Source: Candidatus Bathyarchaeia archaeon
Lineage (GTDB): Archaea > Thermoproteota > Bathyarchaeia > 40CM-2-53-6
DNA: 64,000 bases
Reading direction: 5' to 3'
Assembly: GCA_035935655.1 (NCBI GenBank)
Contig: DASYWW010000012.1
Coordinates: 15,618 to 79,617 of the forward strand
Shown: positions 63,555 through 64,000 of the stretch, in pieces
Numbering within the stretch: the first letter of the stretch is position 1
Layout: each line of letters opens with the position of its first letter
Notes under the pieces: generated by a model
Databases searched by the model: none
Told to the model about the DNA's origin: nothing
What the model saw: only the letters and a program-made list of their open reading frames with translations
Made by a program: the position numbers and the translations under genes

Positions 63555-64000
63555 CTAAACTGATTTTTTGACCCGGGACTCTTCAAAGGGAATTATGAGA
63601 CCCATCGAGGGATCCCTATTGTATGGCGTCCAGGTGGTTATGTGCTGGGCACCTTTCATTTTCGACACTCTTATGAAACGCGCCAAGCCATCTTTCGTGT
63701 CTTCCACTTTCATCTCAATTACACCGTCGACCTTGTCTTGTATTGCGGCGATAATCGCCGGATGAAATGCCTTCCTCGAAAGCGACGTCACACAACTGGC
63801 TCGGTTACTCCTTATCTTTGCAATAAGGGTGTGCAGAAAATCGAATGAGGGCCTCACTCCGCTCCTTTGAATAAGAGTGGTCAGCGAATCCATGGCGAGC
63901 AATACATTGCCAGAGTCCCGAGCTTCCGACAAGGCCTTTGTTACGACGATACTCAGGTCCGACAACCGTTGCGGATCCTCGCTATACTGTTCCTGACTTT
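63555..64000 (-). CDS. RecA/KaiC-like domain protein, 5'-truncated by the window edge
   Basis: The frame is open from 64000 to the stop at 63555; the track M at 63965 is a TTG. ...VLLAMDSLTTLI...DGVIEMKVEDTKDGLARFIRVSKMKGAQHITTWTPY resembles the C-terminal half of KaiC-like domains. Confidence 0.4.
   Translation of the reverse strand, partial: SQEQYSEDPQRLSDLSIVVTKALSEARDSGNVLLAMDSLTTLIQRSGVRPSFDFLHTLIAKIRSNRASCVTSLSRKAFHPAIIAAIQDKVDGVIEMKVEDTKDGLARFIRVSKMKGAQHITTWTPYNRDPSMGLIIPFEESRVKKSV

Overview
This is an archaeal chromosomal segment of about 64 kb. The 5' end (1-5.5 kb) carries an accessory islet of small toxin-antitoxin cassettes; the rest is core genes with a few unusual loci.

Core genes recognised: transcription factor TFB preceded by H/ACA Gar1; elongation factor 2 carrying a LAGLIDADG intein in its P-loop; an Okazaki-maturation pair (ATP-dependent DNA ligase and FEN-1); short-form XPF nuclease; acetyl-CoA synthetase; a DppBCDF-type peptide ABC transporter with a divergent substrate-binding protein; an ECF transporter (EcfT/EcfA/EcfA'); and, on the minus strand at 52-58 kb, the archaeal exosome superoperon (PsmA, SBDS, Rrp4, Rrp41, Rrp42, L37Ae, Pcc1-like, prefoldin beta, DHH phosphoesterase).

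Three features point to a TACK/Thaumarchaeota-like lineage: the short XPF form, a predicted tRNA-Gly that needs two introns (one at a non-canonical D-arm position), and the Gar1-TFB linkage. This lineage assignment is inference only.

Loci worth a second look:
- a TA islet with three VapBC pairs and a UPF0175/DUF2283 pair, in which each of the last three cassettes is followed by a conserved ~45-bp AAACCTGT...ACAGGTTT hairpin and the whole islet is bracketed by ~60-bp direct repeats (an integron-like cassette-array pattern without canonical attC cores);
- a hinge-less 687-aa SMC-family ATPase in a tight operon with ScpA-like and ScpB-like genes;
- an orphan protein with a TGT-family CxCx2C-x23-H zinc signature;
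- a rhodanese gene convergent with a GcvH-like/TusA-like fusion gene;
- a cofactor cluster (double-domain SagB-type dehydrogenase, PTPS/QueD-like, RibD-C-type reductase, RibA);
- L37Ae with a 60-aa basic tail overlapping a Pcc1-like frame that has no ATG/GTG/TTG start;
- a terminal cluster of a multi-TM protein with a RecA-like cytoplasmic domain, an AbrB-like protein, a four-zinc-ribbon protein and two KaiC-like ATPases.

All product calls come from motifs read in the supplied translations; no database search was run. The ORF track renders TTG and GTG starts as M, so several start codons are non-ATG.
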